Below, piece by piece: positions 26,972 through 37,339 of a stretch of DNA of 46,708 bases (positions are counted from its first letter, which is position 1; each line of letters starts with the position of its first letter). Location of the stretch: the IMG/VR virus record IMGVR_UViG_3300037851_000518, positions 1 through 46,708 of that record; one strand, written 5' to 3'. The translations under genes and the position numbers were made by a program. The notes under the pieces are model-generated. The model saw nothing but the letters and a program-made list of their open reading frames with translations. It did not search any database and was not told the origin of the DNA. This DNA comes from a virus. Taxonomy: Duplodnaviria; Caudoviricetes.

Positions 26972-29263
26972 TTATCGTCTCGTTACGCCGCTAGTTTTTT
27001 TGCCAGACTTGGCCTTCTGTTCGCGCCACTCTTGAATAAGCTCGGCCCGTCTCTCAGGAGAAATCTCCGACTCTGCGGCAAGCGGTCTTGACAGGCGCTC
27101 GCGTGTTCCGGGCCTTACCGGAGCCGTCGCTGTGTTGTAAAGCGCCATGCGAACATCTGTTGCCGACCCAACAAGCCCTTCGATTTCTCCAACATCTCCG
27201 CCGAGAGACGAGAACAGTTCATAGGACATGCCGATTGATTTGGCCTTTTCTCTTGCCCATTTTTCGTGCGCCTTGTCGAATGATTCGAGCATAATGCGGT
27301 TCTCGTCGGGGTCTGTATATTTTCCGGAAACATCCAGTCTGGCATCATCCCAGTCATACTCAGACATCAGCGGCTGTGCCTTCCCTGACGACACCTTAAT
27401 CGAAGGAATTGACGCAGAAAGATTGGCCGTCATCATCTCTGCGCCCTCATTGTACTTCTTGATTTTTACCTGCCGCTCGGCCTCTTTGAACTGCAAATAT
27501 TCGTTTTTCTTTTGCTTAAACTGTTCGTATTGAACTGGGAACCTCTGGGCAAAACTTGAAAGCGTATCGTCTTCAGCAATGGTGTCCGCCATAATCCGAT
27601 ACGCACTGTCGTACACAGGAGCCTTGTCCTTGTTTGCCGCCTTCATTGACGCAGAAACTGTATCGAGGAACTTCGTGAGCATAAACTTATCGCCAGTCTC
27701 TGGGGAAATGCGAGCGGCTTCGGCTGCATCTAAATATGACGAACTCGTTAGCATCTCGTCTCCAGACACCGCGCTTGTTGATGTGAACTGCTTGTCATAG
27801 ACCGGGCGAGATAAAGTAAGGCCCTTGGTTCCAAGTTTTATTTGTTCCCTGATCTCGGAAATGACTGAGTTTTCTTCGTCAAGCGCCGCGTTATATTTGT
27901 GTGCCGATGCGATAAGGGCGGCTGCTTCTGGCGTTCTCGGAACTCCAGCCGATGCGACGTTCACCTTGGCCCCAATCGGAGGAAGCTTTACGTCGATTCC
28001 GCCTGCACGCATCCTCATCGCCAATGTCATCATGTTCCTGTATTCGCCAGCCTGATCAGCCTGCTTCTGCTGTCTCACAGCCTCAAGAGAGGCTGCCTTA
28101 TTCCTTGCGGTCTTTAACGATTCATCGTCGTTTTCCGCAACAAATGTCGTCGCGTCAATATCGGCAATCTTTCTCGAAAACGTATCCAGCGCATCAGAAT
28201 GCGCCTGATGAATAGCCATCAAGCCCTTCTGAGTAGACTGGGCCTCCTGCATTTTAAACGCTCCAGTCATTGCGTTTTTCACAGAATTAACAATCGCCTT
28301 TTTCTCGGTGTTACTTGCTCTCTCGAACGCTGGGTCTGTCGCAAGCTGCGAAAGACCGGATACAGTCGAGTCTCTTTTGCTTGCGCCATTCGCGTACATA
28401 TAGGCCGTTGCCGTGACAAGCTTGCTGTACTTAGCCATGTCGATCTCGTCACCTTTCGAAATCTCCACATCCTCTCCGGTTTTGGCAGCATCGGCTTTCT
28501 CTTTGTCGTAAAGCCCTGCGCCGGCAAGAGACATCAGGAAGCTGTCTGCTACTTTTTCAGGATTGTTTATCATCTCTGAAATTTCATTCGGGAAGATAGA
28601 CCCAACCAGCCCGTTGATGGCAAGCTGGCCATCCTTTTCACCAACCGTTGCGCGAAGCATGTCGCCATACTCAAGAATGCCCGCCTCAATGTCTTTAACA
28701 TCAAGCTCTTTCCCTTCAGAAAAGATTACCATTTTGCTGGTGTTTCCTTTTCCGTCGCTTACAGCCGCGTATCCGGTTCCTTTTAAAACACTCGTTGCAA
28801 CTTTGTATAGCGACGCAGGGTCTAGCTTGGATGAAGGGCTGTATTCCCTATATTTCGCAGACCATCCGTTTCTTTCCGGAGAAGAATACATTCCATTTCC
28901 GCCCGGAGAAACATCGGTTCTCATTTCGGTATTCACTCCAACGGAGCGGGCCTTTTGCATGTTGATTTGCGCTTCTTCGAAAACAATCGACGGATCGGGC
29001 GTTTCGGCATCATCGGGTTTTGAGAAATCAATTGTTTCTTTAGCGCGAGGCGGCTCTTCCTGTGGCTCACCCCGTTGCTGATCCTTTCTCTGCTGCGCCT
29101 TTCTTTGCTCGTAAATCATCCTGTCTCTTTCGTCAAGACTAAGGCGAAGCCCGGATGAGTTCAGATCTCCGAGTCCGCTCGTGTATTGTTGAGCTCCGAC
29201 CTCTCTCGCCCTCGCCTCTTGCTTAGCCTTCGCGGAAGCATACATCTCATCTGCCTTAGACAT
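26972..29263 (-). CDS. Putative internal virion / ejection protein
   Basis: 763 aa, helical composition, podovirus synteny. Confidence 0.6.
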   Translation of the reverse strand: MSKADEMYASAKAKQEARAREVGAQQYTSGLGDLNSSGLRLSLDERDRMIYEQRKAQQRKDQQRGEPQEEPPRAKETIDFSKPDDAETPDPSIVFEEAQINMQKARSVGVNTEMRTDVSPGGNGMYSSPERNGWSAKYREYSPSSKLDPASLYKVATSVLKGTGYAAVSDGKGNTSKMVIFSEGKELDVKDIEAGILEYGDMLRATVGEKDGQLAINGLVGSIFPNEISEMINNPEKVADSFLMSLAGAGLYDKEKADAAKTGEDVEISKGDEIDMAKYSKLVTATAYMYANGASKRDSTVSGLSQLATDPAFERASNTEKKAIVNSVKNAMTGAFKMQEAQSTQKGLMAIHQAHSDALDTFSRKIADIDATTFVAENDDESLKTARNKAASLEAVRQQKQADQAGEYRNMMTLAMRMRAGGIDVKLPPIGAKVNVASAGVPRTPEAAALIASAHKYNAALDEENSVISEIREQIKLGTKGLTLSRPVYDKQFTSTSAVSGDEMLTSSSYLDAAEAARISPETGDKFMLTKFLDTVSASMKAANKDKAPVYDSAYRIMADTIAEDDTLSSFAQRFPVQYEQFKQKKNEYLQFKEAERQVKIKKYNEGAEMMTANLSASIPSIKVSSGKAQPLMSEYDWDDARLDVSGKYTDPDENRIMLESFDKAHEKWAREKAKSIGMSYELFSSLGGDVGEIEGLVGSATDVRMALYNTATAPVRPGTRERLSRPLAAESEISPERRAELIQEWREQKAKSGKKTSGVTRR

Positions 29264-29278
29264 AAACAGGACTCCTTA

Positions 29279-30121
29279 TTAAATCGACGGAATGAACGGG
29301 GCTCCGACTGCTTTGAAAGAATCGGCCCTGATAGCCGCCTCTTTCTGTTCTTTCCAGTCGAACTGCCGGGCTGTTTCTGCAAGCTTGGCGTATTCAAGGC
29401 CAAGCGTTTCTCTTGTTGCCTGCATCTGGAGGTCTGACTGATATGCAGTAAGATTTGCATTAATCCACCCGAGAGAGGCGTTTACGTTTGCCATGTATGC
29501 GTTGTTCGTTGCCGTCGCCATGGCGTTGTACAAATCAACCGACGATTGCCCGAGACTTGCAAGTTGCGATGTCTGCTGGATTATAAACGGAGAGTTGATT
29601 TCAGCCGCCCTAAGAGCCGTGTCAACCACGCTTTTCGAGAAGTTGCTGTATGCGTTATCAATTGCGCCATACATGCTTCCAAGTATATTGTTGGTTGTTT
29701 CGTTCGCCAATCTAAACCGAACGGAAGAGCGGGCATCGGACGATGTCGATCCGAGATACGAATCAAGTTCCATCAGCGACTTTCGATTTGACGCAGTGGC
29801 TGTGTTGATAATCTGGTTGGCCGTTTTGTTAAACGAATCCTGAAGAATTGATGTCAGGGCGTCGGCATCAACAAGGCCGCCACCAACCAGCGAATATCCA
29901 GAGATGGTGTCCATTGCTCCAGAAATAACAGCTGCCTGATCTTCATACGCAGATCGAAGGTAATCGAACTGCGCCTGTTCAATCTGCGCAGTTTCTGGCA
30001 GTTCATTGGCGTTAAACTTCGACGAATCTGAAAACATGGCTGCTGTCGCCTTCTTGGCGCTTGCGGCGGTGTCCGCAGGCTGGCCAACCATGTTTTTCGG
30101 GAGAGGGGTTCTGCTTGCCAT
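29279..30121 (-). CDS. Putative ejection / pilot protein
   Basis: 280 aa, A/S/N/Q-rich; synteny. Confidence 0.6.
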   Translation of the reverse strand: MASRTPLPKNMVGQPADTAASAKKATAAMFSDSSKFNANELPETAQIEQAQFDYLRSAYEDQAAVISGAMDTISGYSLVGGGLVDADALTSILQDSFNKTANQIINTATASNRKSLMELDSYLGSTSSDARSSVRFRLANETTNNILGSMYGAIDNAYSNFSKSVVDTALRAAEINSPFIIQQTSQLASLGQSSVDLYNAMATATNNAYMANVNASLGWINANLTAYQSDLQMQATRETLGLEYAKLAETARQFDWKEQKEAAIRADSFKAVGAPFIPSI

Positions 30122-30123
30122 AA

Positions 30124-30327
30124 TTATACCTCCGTCATGCCGACAACATATGTCGTATCTGTTGATGCGTTATAGAACTTCAATACGCCCCCATCAAGAA
30201 AAAAGCAAGAACTCTCCCCTGATGCCGGCTTAAACGACGAAACGAATCCTGTTAGAGCCAGCTTCTTGTTGCGCTCAAGGGCTGCGTCTATTTCGCCTAT
30301 GTCCAATCTGTTTATGTGTTTTCCCAT
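30124..30327 (-). CDS. Small putative tail protein
   Basis: 67 aa between nozzle and ejection genes. Confidence 0.6.
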   Translation of the reverse strand: MGKHINRLDIGEIDAALERNKKLALTGFVSSFKPASGESSCFFLDGGVLKFYNASTDTTYVVGMTEV

Positions 30328-30328
30328 A

Positions 30329-33300
30329 CTATGCCTGAGTGTCAAACATTATTTCGACAGAGTGAATTCTGAAATCAGTGCAACTGTACCCGCGAATCCT
30401 GAATCCGTAGGTATATCCCTTCCCGCTTCTGAATGGAACGATGATTTTTGTGTCATCTTCTGTCACGTTGTATGTGTTCGTTTGAACAACCGCTTCATTC
30501 AAATCAAGATAGTGTTCAACCGTCAATTCTCCTTGAAGGCCCTGAAGGTCGATGTGCAACGAACGAACCTGATGCCGATACTGCGGAGACGAAAAATCCT
30601 CCCACTTTATTCCGTACGAAAACCCCGAATATCCGTACAGGATAAGGTCCCCCGCGCTAGCGTCAACCACCCGCTCAAACGTAACAACACCGTCCGCATA
30701 CGTTGCCCACAGGTATTCATATTCGCCGGTTTCCAAATGATACAGCATAACCTGACACGGCCCCGCATCAGACGGCATTGCGCCGAACGCATCAAGTTGC
30801 GCGGTTGTCGATGTGGCAGATGAAATCGTGTGGGCGGACGCCGTCGTCGCGGAGGGGCGCTGCATAACAGAAACAACTCCGTATCCGGAAGACCTGGCAG
30901 ATGAGCCACGCATTATTACGCTGTCACCGCTTTCATTTCCGTCCCATACAGACCGGACGTCTTCGCATTTTACAGGATAACAGTTGAGAGAGTCCTCGTT
31001 TATGTACAAGCACATGTTGTTTGTGCGACTCGTTCCATCTGGATAATACATTTCAAACCGTCTTTCGGCCCGATTGTAAACCCCAACAATTCCGGTCTCG
31101 TATTCCTTGTTGATTGCGGTCATGTAGTCTCTTGCGCGGTACGCTGTAACGGAATTAATCGATGCCCCGTTCGTATGCGAGAACCCGGACCCATCGTAAA
31201 ACATAACACCAGAGTCTCCTGATACGACAGCGCCTCCAGCCGGGCACCTGACGCGATCAGAGATCAGTTCCGGCTGACTGCCAAGCGAACCGTACGGAAT
31301 CCTCCAAAGCGAATTCTCGCAGAATAATAGAAGGTAGTCGTTGCTATACCCGATTGCTGTAATGTTGTCGCTCATGTCGGTAAGGTTTTCAGCTCTGAAC
31401 CGATGCGGGTTGTTTTGATCAGAATAATACAGGCCATAACTTGACTGAATTAGAAACGCCTCGTCTGCGCCGGCATTGTTTCCTTCGTACAATCGCTCAA
31501 GTCCAAGGCGCTGATTCACCGGATCGACCCAAGAAATCCGGTACGGTGCGGCAGCGCTGTCGCTTGACATTGCAATCGAAGCATCTTCAAGTCCTTCTCC
31601 CCAAAACGTCTTGTTATTTCCGGATGTATTCCCGATTACGTGGTTGCGTTTAAATGTGAGCGAAAAGCTCGCTGATAGGGTTTGCGGATTGTCGAATCCG
31701 TTGCACTGGACCTCAAACCAAGATCGGTCTTGCCCTATTCGAACAATCGTTTCCAGATCAAGATCGAGCCCCGATCCATCTAAGTCTGCTCCATCCGTTG
31801 AAACAAGGTCTCCGGCATAAACATATTCAGGAACGATCTGCAATCCTCCCTCTCCTGCAAAACGAACAACCTTTCCTTCTGTGCCGTACGCATCGAGCCA
31901 GTTGTATTGAAGAGACGTGGTTACGACTCCACTGTAAATTGAAAGAGCCTCTCCGTCAGAGACATCATGCGTGTAGTCTGAAAGCCACAGCACTCCGGTT
32001 ACTGTTCCTCCGCCAGATGCCGCAGCGTTTCCGGAAATCATTTTATACACAGGCGTTCCAAGAGGGTCTATCAAAAGCGCCTGTCCTGCAAACTCGTTTT
32101 CGGCTACGGCATCAGTTCCGTCATACGTAACTACAAGGAACGTCGGGGTTGTTACAGTTCCTTCATAATCCGGATCATGCCCATATACCGTTGCTCCGGA
32201 CGAAAGAGCGTGCGTCGCATTTAAATACAGCGTAGAAGTCGAGTTATCTACAACCCTTCCGTAGATATTTCCGTCACCGTCAGAGATAATAACGCCGATT
32301 TCAGCGTCAGCTACAAATCCGCCGGAGTATGCTTTAACAGAGGTCGATGTGGTTACGGTTGTATTCATCACAACCGTCATCGTGTTCTTTGTGTTGCTAC
32401 GAACCTTTCCAATCAGCGTCCCTTCGGACGTTTTCAATACGTAGTCGGCGTACTGGTTCGCCGTCCATCCTCCGGCAAACAACCCAAACGACTGTCCTGC
32501 CGAAACTCCATGCGCCGCGCATGTTAGCGCTGTAGCCGTATTGCCTGTTACAAGCCCGACCGATGCTCCTGCCTGATTAACAAGAAGCATCCCCACAAGA
32601 GACCCGGGAGCAACGGAAGAGCTGTAGAAATCAACCGACGTGTCTGCCGTTATTCCGTGCGTTGTTGACAGCGTAACGGTTCCTTCAGAATTTGCGGTAA
32701 CTGTTCCGATATAGTTTGACCCATTAAACGCAACGAGACCAATGGCCGCGCTATTTGCAAACAAGGCCGGCCATATTGAAACAGAATCCCCGGCTGAAAT
32801 TGTGTCATACACCGAAGACCCAGATGAGTCAAAATAGTTTGCCGAAACACTTGTTATGCGGGCCTTATTGTTCCCTCCAACAATCGCAAAACTTCCGGCG
32901 CTTGCAGCGGAGCTTATTGATCCGTGCATAACATACACCTTTACGCTCGTATCCGCAGACCATTCCGGTTGGCTTGGAATGGTTATGATGTTTCCGCTAA
33001 CGGAGCAGGTATATATCGCTGCGTGAGGGTTTGTCTCGGCACCGACATATGTTGCAGAGGCGCTTATTGAAGCAGCGGCCCGTCTACTTACGGTTCCGGT
33101 TGATACACTCGCTGACAGGTTGAAATATTGGTACGATGAGTCGGAAGTTATTCCTGTGACCGTCGCATATTCGCTGGTTGATGGATTGTAAACATAATTT
33201 CCCGCAGAAATACTCTGTGAGATCGGGATTTTATAGTGATACGTCGTGCCACCCCACCCAACATATGACGAAGAAGACATCGTTATGTTTCCGTAAATCG

Positions 33301-34786
33301 AGCCGGACATATGATATGAAGTTCCGTCTCTATACATCAGGTATGCTGTAGACGGGGTTCCCGTGTATCCATAAATTCTGCTCGATTCAGCCGTTGACTT
33401 CAGCGCATAGAAACTTGTCAGCGCAGAGCCGGACATGTTCGGACAGCCCAAGACAACTGTGCTTTCATTTTCAGCTTTCGAGCTCGTGTAATCAGGGTCT
33501 CCGCTTCCTGCCGCAAAGTCGATTGTGTCTGTAGTAACCGAAAGCGCCTCTCCGCTCACATCGGCAGTTACTGTGGTATCGGCATGGGTTATTGTGTTTG
33601 TGCCAACAAGCTTTGGAGTAAACGTAAGATCTGCTGTCTCGCCTGCGCCGATTATCGACAGCTCATTTGTTGCATCGGCAACAGTCACTGTATACGTATC
33701 ATCATCAGTCGTCAGGTCTGTAGCCCTCCATCCTTCTCCTGTAGCAAACCCGTCCGACTCTACGATTGCCGGCGAAATTTCTGTTGCCGCGTTGTCTGTA
33801 ACGATTGCGCATTTGTTCCTGTCATTTATTACGGAAAGACCAATCAGTGCGTCTGGAGAGAGAGTCTGCGAGCTGTCGGCAAACCACATGTCTCCGCTTG
33901 CCGCATCGCCTTCTCTAAGAAGAGAGGAAGACACGCCGGCAACGGTTCCCGTTTCGATGTGCGCCATCCCTCTTCTTTCCTCAACGCCGCCCCCGCAAAA
34001 CAGAACGCCGCGAATGCTCTTGCAAGCCTTTGCGTTTGGCGGCGCGTAATAGTTTGCATCGTACGTTTCGCCAGTTTGGTTGCAGGTAATCATCTCCCAT
34101 GTAGAAGTCGTCATGTCTGGGATAACGTCCTGAAGATAAAACGTCCCGCCCATGCACTCTGTTACAGACGACCCTTGAGTTCCGTAAATCAGCCGCGCCG
34201 TACAGAACGGGGTTAAAATGTTGTACCTGTCGCCGGATGTAAACGACGTTCCGTCCGCAGTGATTGTGGTGACAGAATTTGCGGTAATCGCATAAATGGT
34301 TCCGGTTTCAATATTTTTCAGCGAATATCCGGCAAGCTCGTTAATTGTCCACGCCTGAGAACTATCTTCCATTGTGTTTGCGGTTGTCGCTGTACACGCG
34401 CCAACATGAACAATCGTATACTGCTGATGCTCTGTCGGAATTGTCCATGTAATGGAGTCTGAATTTGCAGACGCTGCAACCGGATACGATACGCCTGTTG
34501 CGTTTCCATAAAGCGGAAGTCCGCCAACGCTAATGTTGTAGTTTGCCGGAACAACAATGATCGCGTAATACTCTCCATCGGTTAAGTTGCCGGCAAGCGC
34601 TGTTGTTGTCAGATGCTGTGGCGTGTTCCACACGTCTCCCCAATCCATCACGCCGAGATGTCCCGATTCGATATTGCCCGGAAGGATGTATCGCGGCTTG
34701 TCGTATCCGTCGAAAATACAAATGTGCCCGCTGAGAGCATCTATTGACTTTCTTTCCGGGGCCATGTCATTAAAAAACTGTTTCAT
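30329..34786 (-). CDS. Tail nozzle / stabilisation (tubular B-like) protein with inserted repeats
   Basis: Propeller-like segments (LYYSD..NP..F, ITAI..LLLF..SLW, VMFYDGSG) around Thr/Ser-rich repeats. Confidence 0.7.
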   Translation of the reverse strand: MKQFFNDMAPERKSIDALSGHICIFDGYDKPRYILPGNIESGHLGVMDWGDVWNTPQHLTTTALAGNLTDGEYYAIIVVPANYNISVGGLPLYGNATGVSYPVAASANSDSITWTIPTEHQQYTIVHVGACTATTANTMEDSSQAWTINELAGYSLKNIETGTIYAITANSVTTITADGTSFTSGDRYNILTPFCTARLIYGTQGSSVTECMGGTFYLQDVIPDMTTSTWEMITCNQTGETYDANYYAPPNAKACKSIRGVLFCGGGVEERRGMAHIETGTVAGVSSSLLREGDAASGDMWFADSSQTLSPDALIGLSVINDRNKCAIVTDNAATEISPAIVESDGFATGEGWRATDLTTDDDTYTVTVADATNELSIIGAGETADLTFTPKLVGTNTITHADTTVTADVSGEALSVTTDTIDFAAGSGDPDYTSSKAENESTVVLGCPNMSGSALTSFYALKSTAESSRIYGYTGTPSTAYLMYRDGTSYHMSGSIYGNITMSSSSYVGWGGTTYHYKIPISQSISAGNYVYNPSTSEYATVTGITSDSSYQYFNLSASVSTGTVSRRAAASISASATYVGAETNPHAAIYTCSVSGNIITIPSQPEWSADTSVKVYVMHGSISSAASAGSFAIVGGNNKARITSVSANYFDSSGSSVYDTISAGDSVSIWPALFANSAAIGLVAFNGSNYIGTVTANSEGTVTLSTTHGITADTSVDFYSSSVAPGSLVGMLLVNQAGASVGLVTGNTATALTCAAHGVSAGQSFGLFAGGWTANQYADYVLKTSEGTLIGKVRSNTKNTMTVVMNTTVTTSTSVKAYSGGFVADAEIGVIISDGDGNIYGRVVDNSTSTLYLNATHALSSGATVYGHDPDYEGTVTTPTFLVVTYDGTDAVAENEFAGQALLIDPLGTPVYKMISGNAAASGGGTVTGVLWLSDYTHDVSDGEALSIYSGVVTTSLQYNWLDAYGTEGKVVRFAGEGGLQIVPEYVYAGDLVSTDGADLDGSGLDLDLETIVRIGQDRSWFEVQCNGFDNPQTLSASFSLTFKRNHVIGNTSGNNKTFWGEGLEDASIAMSSDSAAAPYRISWVDPVNQRLGLERLYEGNNAGADEAFLIQSSYGLYYSDQNNPHRFRAENLTDMSDNITAIGYSNDYLLLFCENSLWRIPYGSLGSQPELISDRVRCPAGGAVVSGDSGVMFYDGSGFSHTNGASINSVTAYRARDYMTAINKEYETGIVGVYNRAERRFEMYYPDGTSRTNNMCLYINEDSLNCYPVKCEDVRSVWDGNESGDSVIMRGSSARSSGYGVVSVMQRPSATTASAHTISSATSTTAQLDAFGAMPSDAGPCQVMLYHLETGEYEYLWATYADGVVTFERVVDASAGDLILYGYSGFSYGIKWEDFSSPQYRHQVRSLHIDLQGLQGELTVEHYLDLNEAVVQTNTYNVTEDDTKIIVPFRSGKGYTYGFRIRGYSCTDFRIHSVEIMFDTQA

Positions 34787-35391
34787 TGTTCCTCCATCCA
34801 GATTCCTCCGTCAGAGCAAATAACGATTTGTCCGGACAGCCGTATTGCAAAATCAATGTCTCCATAGAAGAAGCTGTTGTGACTCTGTATCCCAGACGGC
34901 TGGATACTGTTCTCATCGTACTTTAGCCCGTCAGACCTGCCCACCTGCGTCCTGTTGTACAGCTGGCTTTTCCCGTTATCAATGCCAATAAAGATGTTGT
35001 CTTTGCCGCCAAATACGCGACGCATGTATGTTTTCTGGTTAAACCTTCCAGAGACAACAGAAACGGTTTGGTTCCTGGCGGCGGGAGGCTCTGAAACAAA
35101 CGAGTGTTCGCGTGACATCTCCGCATCATCAAGCCACAAATTTTCACCACAACAGTACACAGACCCCATTCCGATAACATATTTCCCGGCATCGATGTCT
35201 CCAAAAAAAGACATGCTTTTTTCTGGATTATCACACGGCTCAAGTTCTCCGATGCGGAAGCTTTGCAAGCCATCCATCCTGCTCACGAACGGCTTGTCAA
35301 TTGTGAGCTGATTGTAGGCATTAGCCACGCCGCGAAACCTGTTTACACGAAGGTCTTGAACGCGATACGGGCTGTACGTCTTTCTGTTCAT
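34783..35391 (-). CDS. Putative tail protein, possibly the N-terminal part of a split nozzle
   Basis: FRGVAN..GEL N-terminus; ATGA coupling. Confidence 0.55.
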   Translation of the reverse strand: MNRKTYSPYRVQDLRVNRFRGVANAYNQLTIDKPFVSRMDGLQSFRIGELEPCDNPEKSMSFFGDIDAGKYVIGMGSVYCCGENLWLDDAEMSREHSFVSEPPAARNQTVSVVSGRFNQKTYMRRVFGGKDNIFIGIDNGKSQLYNRTQVGRSDGLKYDENSIQPSGIQSHNSFFYGDIDFAIRLSGQIVICSDGGIWMEEQ

Positions 35392-36251
35392 CTGCGAGAC
35401 CTTACAGAAAACGAATTGTCTCCATACTGAGCCTTTGTTGACTTGATCGTCTGACTGCTGATCTCCCTGTTTTTAGCGAACACAATCGCATTTTCAAGCC
35501 GCTGCGCATCCACATTGTACTTGTTTGTCATAAGCGCCTGCTGTAGCGCAAGAAGCGCAATCGTTTGCGGACACGGCAAAATAACAATGGAGTCATCTTC
35601 CCAAACAAGAGGGTGCTTCTTTTGATAACAAACTGTCACGTTCCCGGCGGTGTACACGTTATTTGACGGGTCTTTTAGAATGTATCGCTTTGTTCCGACC
35701 GGAGTAAGATACGCAACACCTTCCGTTGCATCTTCGGCTGTAATTGCAGGAGCAACGGTTGCCGTTTGGTTTGGTGCCGTTCCTGACACAGAAACGATCT
35801 CATAAAAGTCGTCCGCACCTTTAAGCATAACGCGGCAACCAACATCATCTTGCGAAAAGAATGTTTCTCCTTCCTGCGCCAGCGATGTTCCTCCCTGCAC
35901 AAAGGACACATCGTACTCTGCTTGATTGCTATCATAACCGTCATACGGAGAAAACGTGTAGAACGCCTTTCCGCCAACGTCCTGCGTAACCTCTCGCGAC
36001 CTGAACTCAAACCGAAACGAAGGATACCCGCTTTCGGTTGCCGGAAGAACATCCATAATCTTTCTGCACCGGGGAGGATCGTCGATGATTCCGGCTGTCG
36101 GAGTAACAGTTGCTGTTGCGCTCATTTCATGGAAGTCGAATGACTCGCATTCTTGAATTGCGAGGTTGATGTAGTTCGTGAAAATTTCGTCGATTGAGTC
36201 GTCTTCAACCCAGTCGCGGAGATACCTTCTAAGCGTCTTCAGCGTTGTCAC
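35388..36251 (-). CDS. Tail adaptor / tubular protein A-like
   Basis: TLKTLR..YINLAIQE helical start; RBS AAGGAG; synteny. Confidence 0.7.
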   Translation of the reverse strand: MTTLKTLRRYLRDWVEDDSIDEIFTNYINLAIQECESFDFHEMSATATVTPTAGIIDDPPRCRKIMDVLPATESGYPSFRFEFRSREVTQDVGGKAFYTFSPYDGYDSNQAEYDVSFVQGGTSLAQEGETFFSQDDVGCRVMLKGADDFYEIVSVSGTAPNQTATVAPAITAEDATEGVAYLTPVGTKRYILKDPSNNVYTAGNVTVCYQKKHPLVWEDDSIVILPCPQTIALLALQQALMTNKYNVDAQRLENAIVFAKNREISSQTIKSTKAQYGDNSFSVRSRR

Positions 36252-36265
36252 TGTCGCTCCTTTTT

Positions 36266-36299
36266 AAAAAAATACGGGCGGGTTTTTCGCCGCCCGTAT
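36266..36299 (-). terminator. Intrinsic terminator
   Basis: ATACGGGCGG / CCGCCCGTAT stem plus T tract on -. Confidence 0.75.
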
Positions 36300-36324
36300 A
36301 CAATGGCTGAAAATAGCGCGGCAA

Positions 36325-36801
36325 CTATCCTTTAAGGCCCAGCAGTTCGCCAATCAAGACCCCTCTGCTCTCTCCATTGTAGGCTCTTCCGAGCATCGAG
36401 GCCATCGTTTTGACATCCATGGCGAGCAGTTTGTCAATCGCACTGCCGTCCGATTTTCCAGAACTGTCGATTTCAAACTCACCGAACTCAATTCCGCCGT
36501 TCGCGTTGTTTGTTTTGTGTTGTTTCAGATAAGCAATGGCCGGACCGTCCTTCTTCAAGCTGAGCCGCAGAATGCTATTTTCGCTCTTGTACAACTTTCC
36601 GTTGGCCAAAAAGGATGCGTTGCGGCCATCTCGCCAGTAGAACGTAATGTCGTCTTTTTCAACTGGCTTAACCTCAGCGGCCGGCTCTTCCGGAAGCTCA
36701 ACTCCATCAGGAATAGACTGTGCGTGGTGGGTAAGCCCAAACATTTCAAGAACCTCTGCCGTTTCTTTTCCGGTCAGTTTTGCATATTGACTTGCCTTCA
36801 T
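36325..36801 (-). CDS. Hypothetical protein in the head module
   Basis: 158 aa, RBS AAAGGA. Confidence 0.75.
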   Translation of the reverse strand: MKASQYAKLTGKETAEVLEMFGLTHHAQSIPDGVELPEEPAAEVKPVEKDDITFYWRDGRNASFLANGKLYKSENSILRLSLKKDGPAIAYLKQHKTNNANGGIEFGEFEIDSSGKSDGSAIDKLLAMDVKTMASMLGRAYNGESRGVLIGELLGLKG

Positions 36802-36813
36802 GTTTTTCCTTTC

Positions 36814-36842
36814 AAAAAATAGGGCGGTGGGTGTCCCGCCCT
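36814..36842 (-). terminator. Intrinsic terminator
   Basis: AGGGCGG / CCGCCCT stem plus T tract on -. Confidence 0.65.
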
Positions 36843-36848
36843 TCGGTG

Positions 36849-37283
36849 TTACTGGTTGACGGTCTTTACCTTCAGGATGTATTCGGTGACGTTTGCGGAC
36901 GGGGTTCCCGTACCGTAAACAGTAAGCACGTCTCCGGGCTGAAGAATAATCGGATCAACATCCGCAGTAACGTCGCCAATTCCGATTGTATCATAGTTGC
37001 TTGTGGCAACCACACCTGCCGTCGATTCGGTCAGCGTATACGTACCGGCTCCCTTTGCCGGAGTCACCTTGTACACGACCGTGTTCGTTCCGGAAGTAAC
37101 CGTCTGATACAAGCCAACAGGATACGTTACGCGGCCTGCGGCGGCGGTATACGTTGCAGACGCAATGGAATTTGTGTTTGCCGTGATTGACAGCAAAACG
37201 TCGGAGTAGAAGGCTCCGGTAGCGTCTGCGCCAAACGCAAGGCCAGACATGGCGATGAGCGCAATCGAGATAATCTTTTTCAT
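36849..37283 (-). CDS. Putative capsid decoration protein with signal peptide
   Basis: Directly after capsid gene; MKKIISIALIAMSGLAFG-A; beta-rich, PIILQPGDVLTV. Confidence 0.7.
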   Translation of the reverse strand: MKKIISIALIAMSGLAFGADATGAFYSDVLLSITANTNSIASATYTAAAGRVTYPVGLYQTVTSGTNTVVYKVTPAKGAGTYTLTESTAGVVATSNYDTIGIGDVTADVDPIILQPGDVLTVYGTGTPSANVTEYILKVKTVNQ

Positions 37284-37339
37284 TTAAGTCTCTCCTTTTT
37301 TTTGATTTTACGGGGAGGATTTTACCCTCCCCGATTTGG

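Noticed and set aside
37311-37333. Terminator after the capsid gene
   Set aside because: Hairpin is present but no U-tract follows on the coding strand
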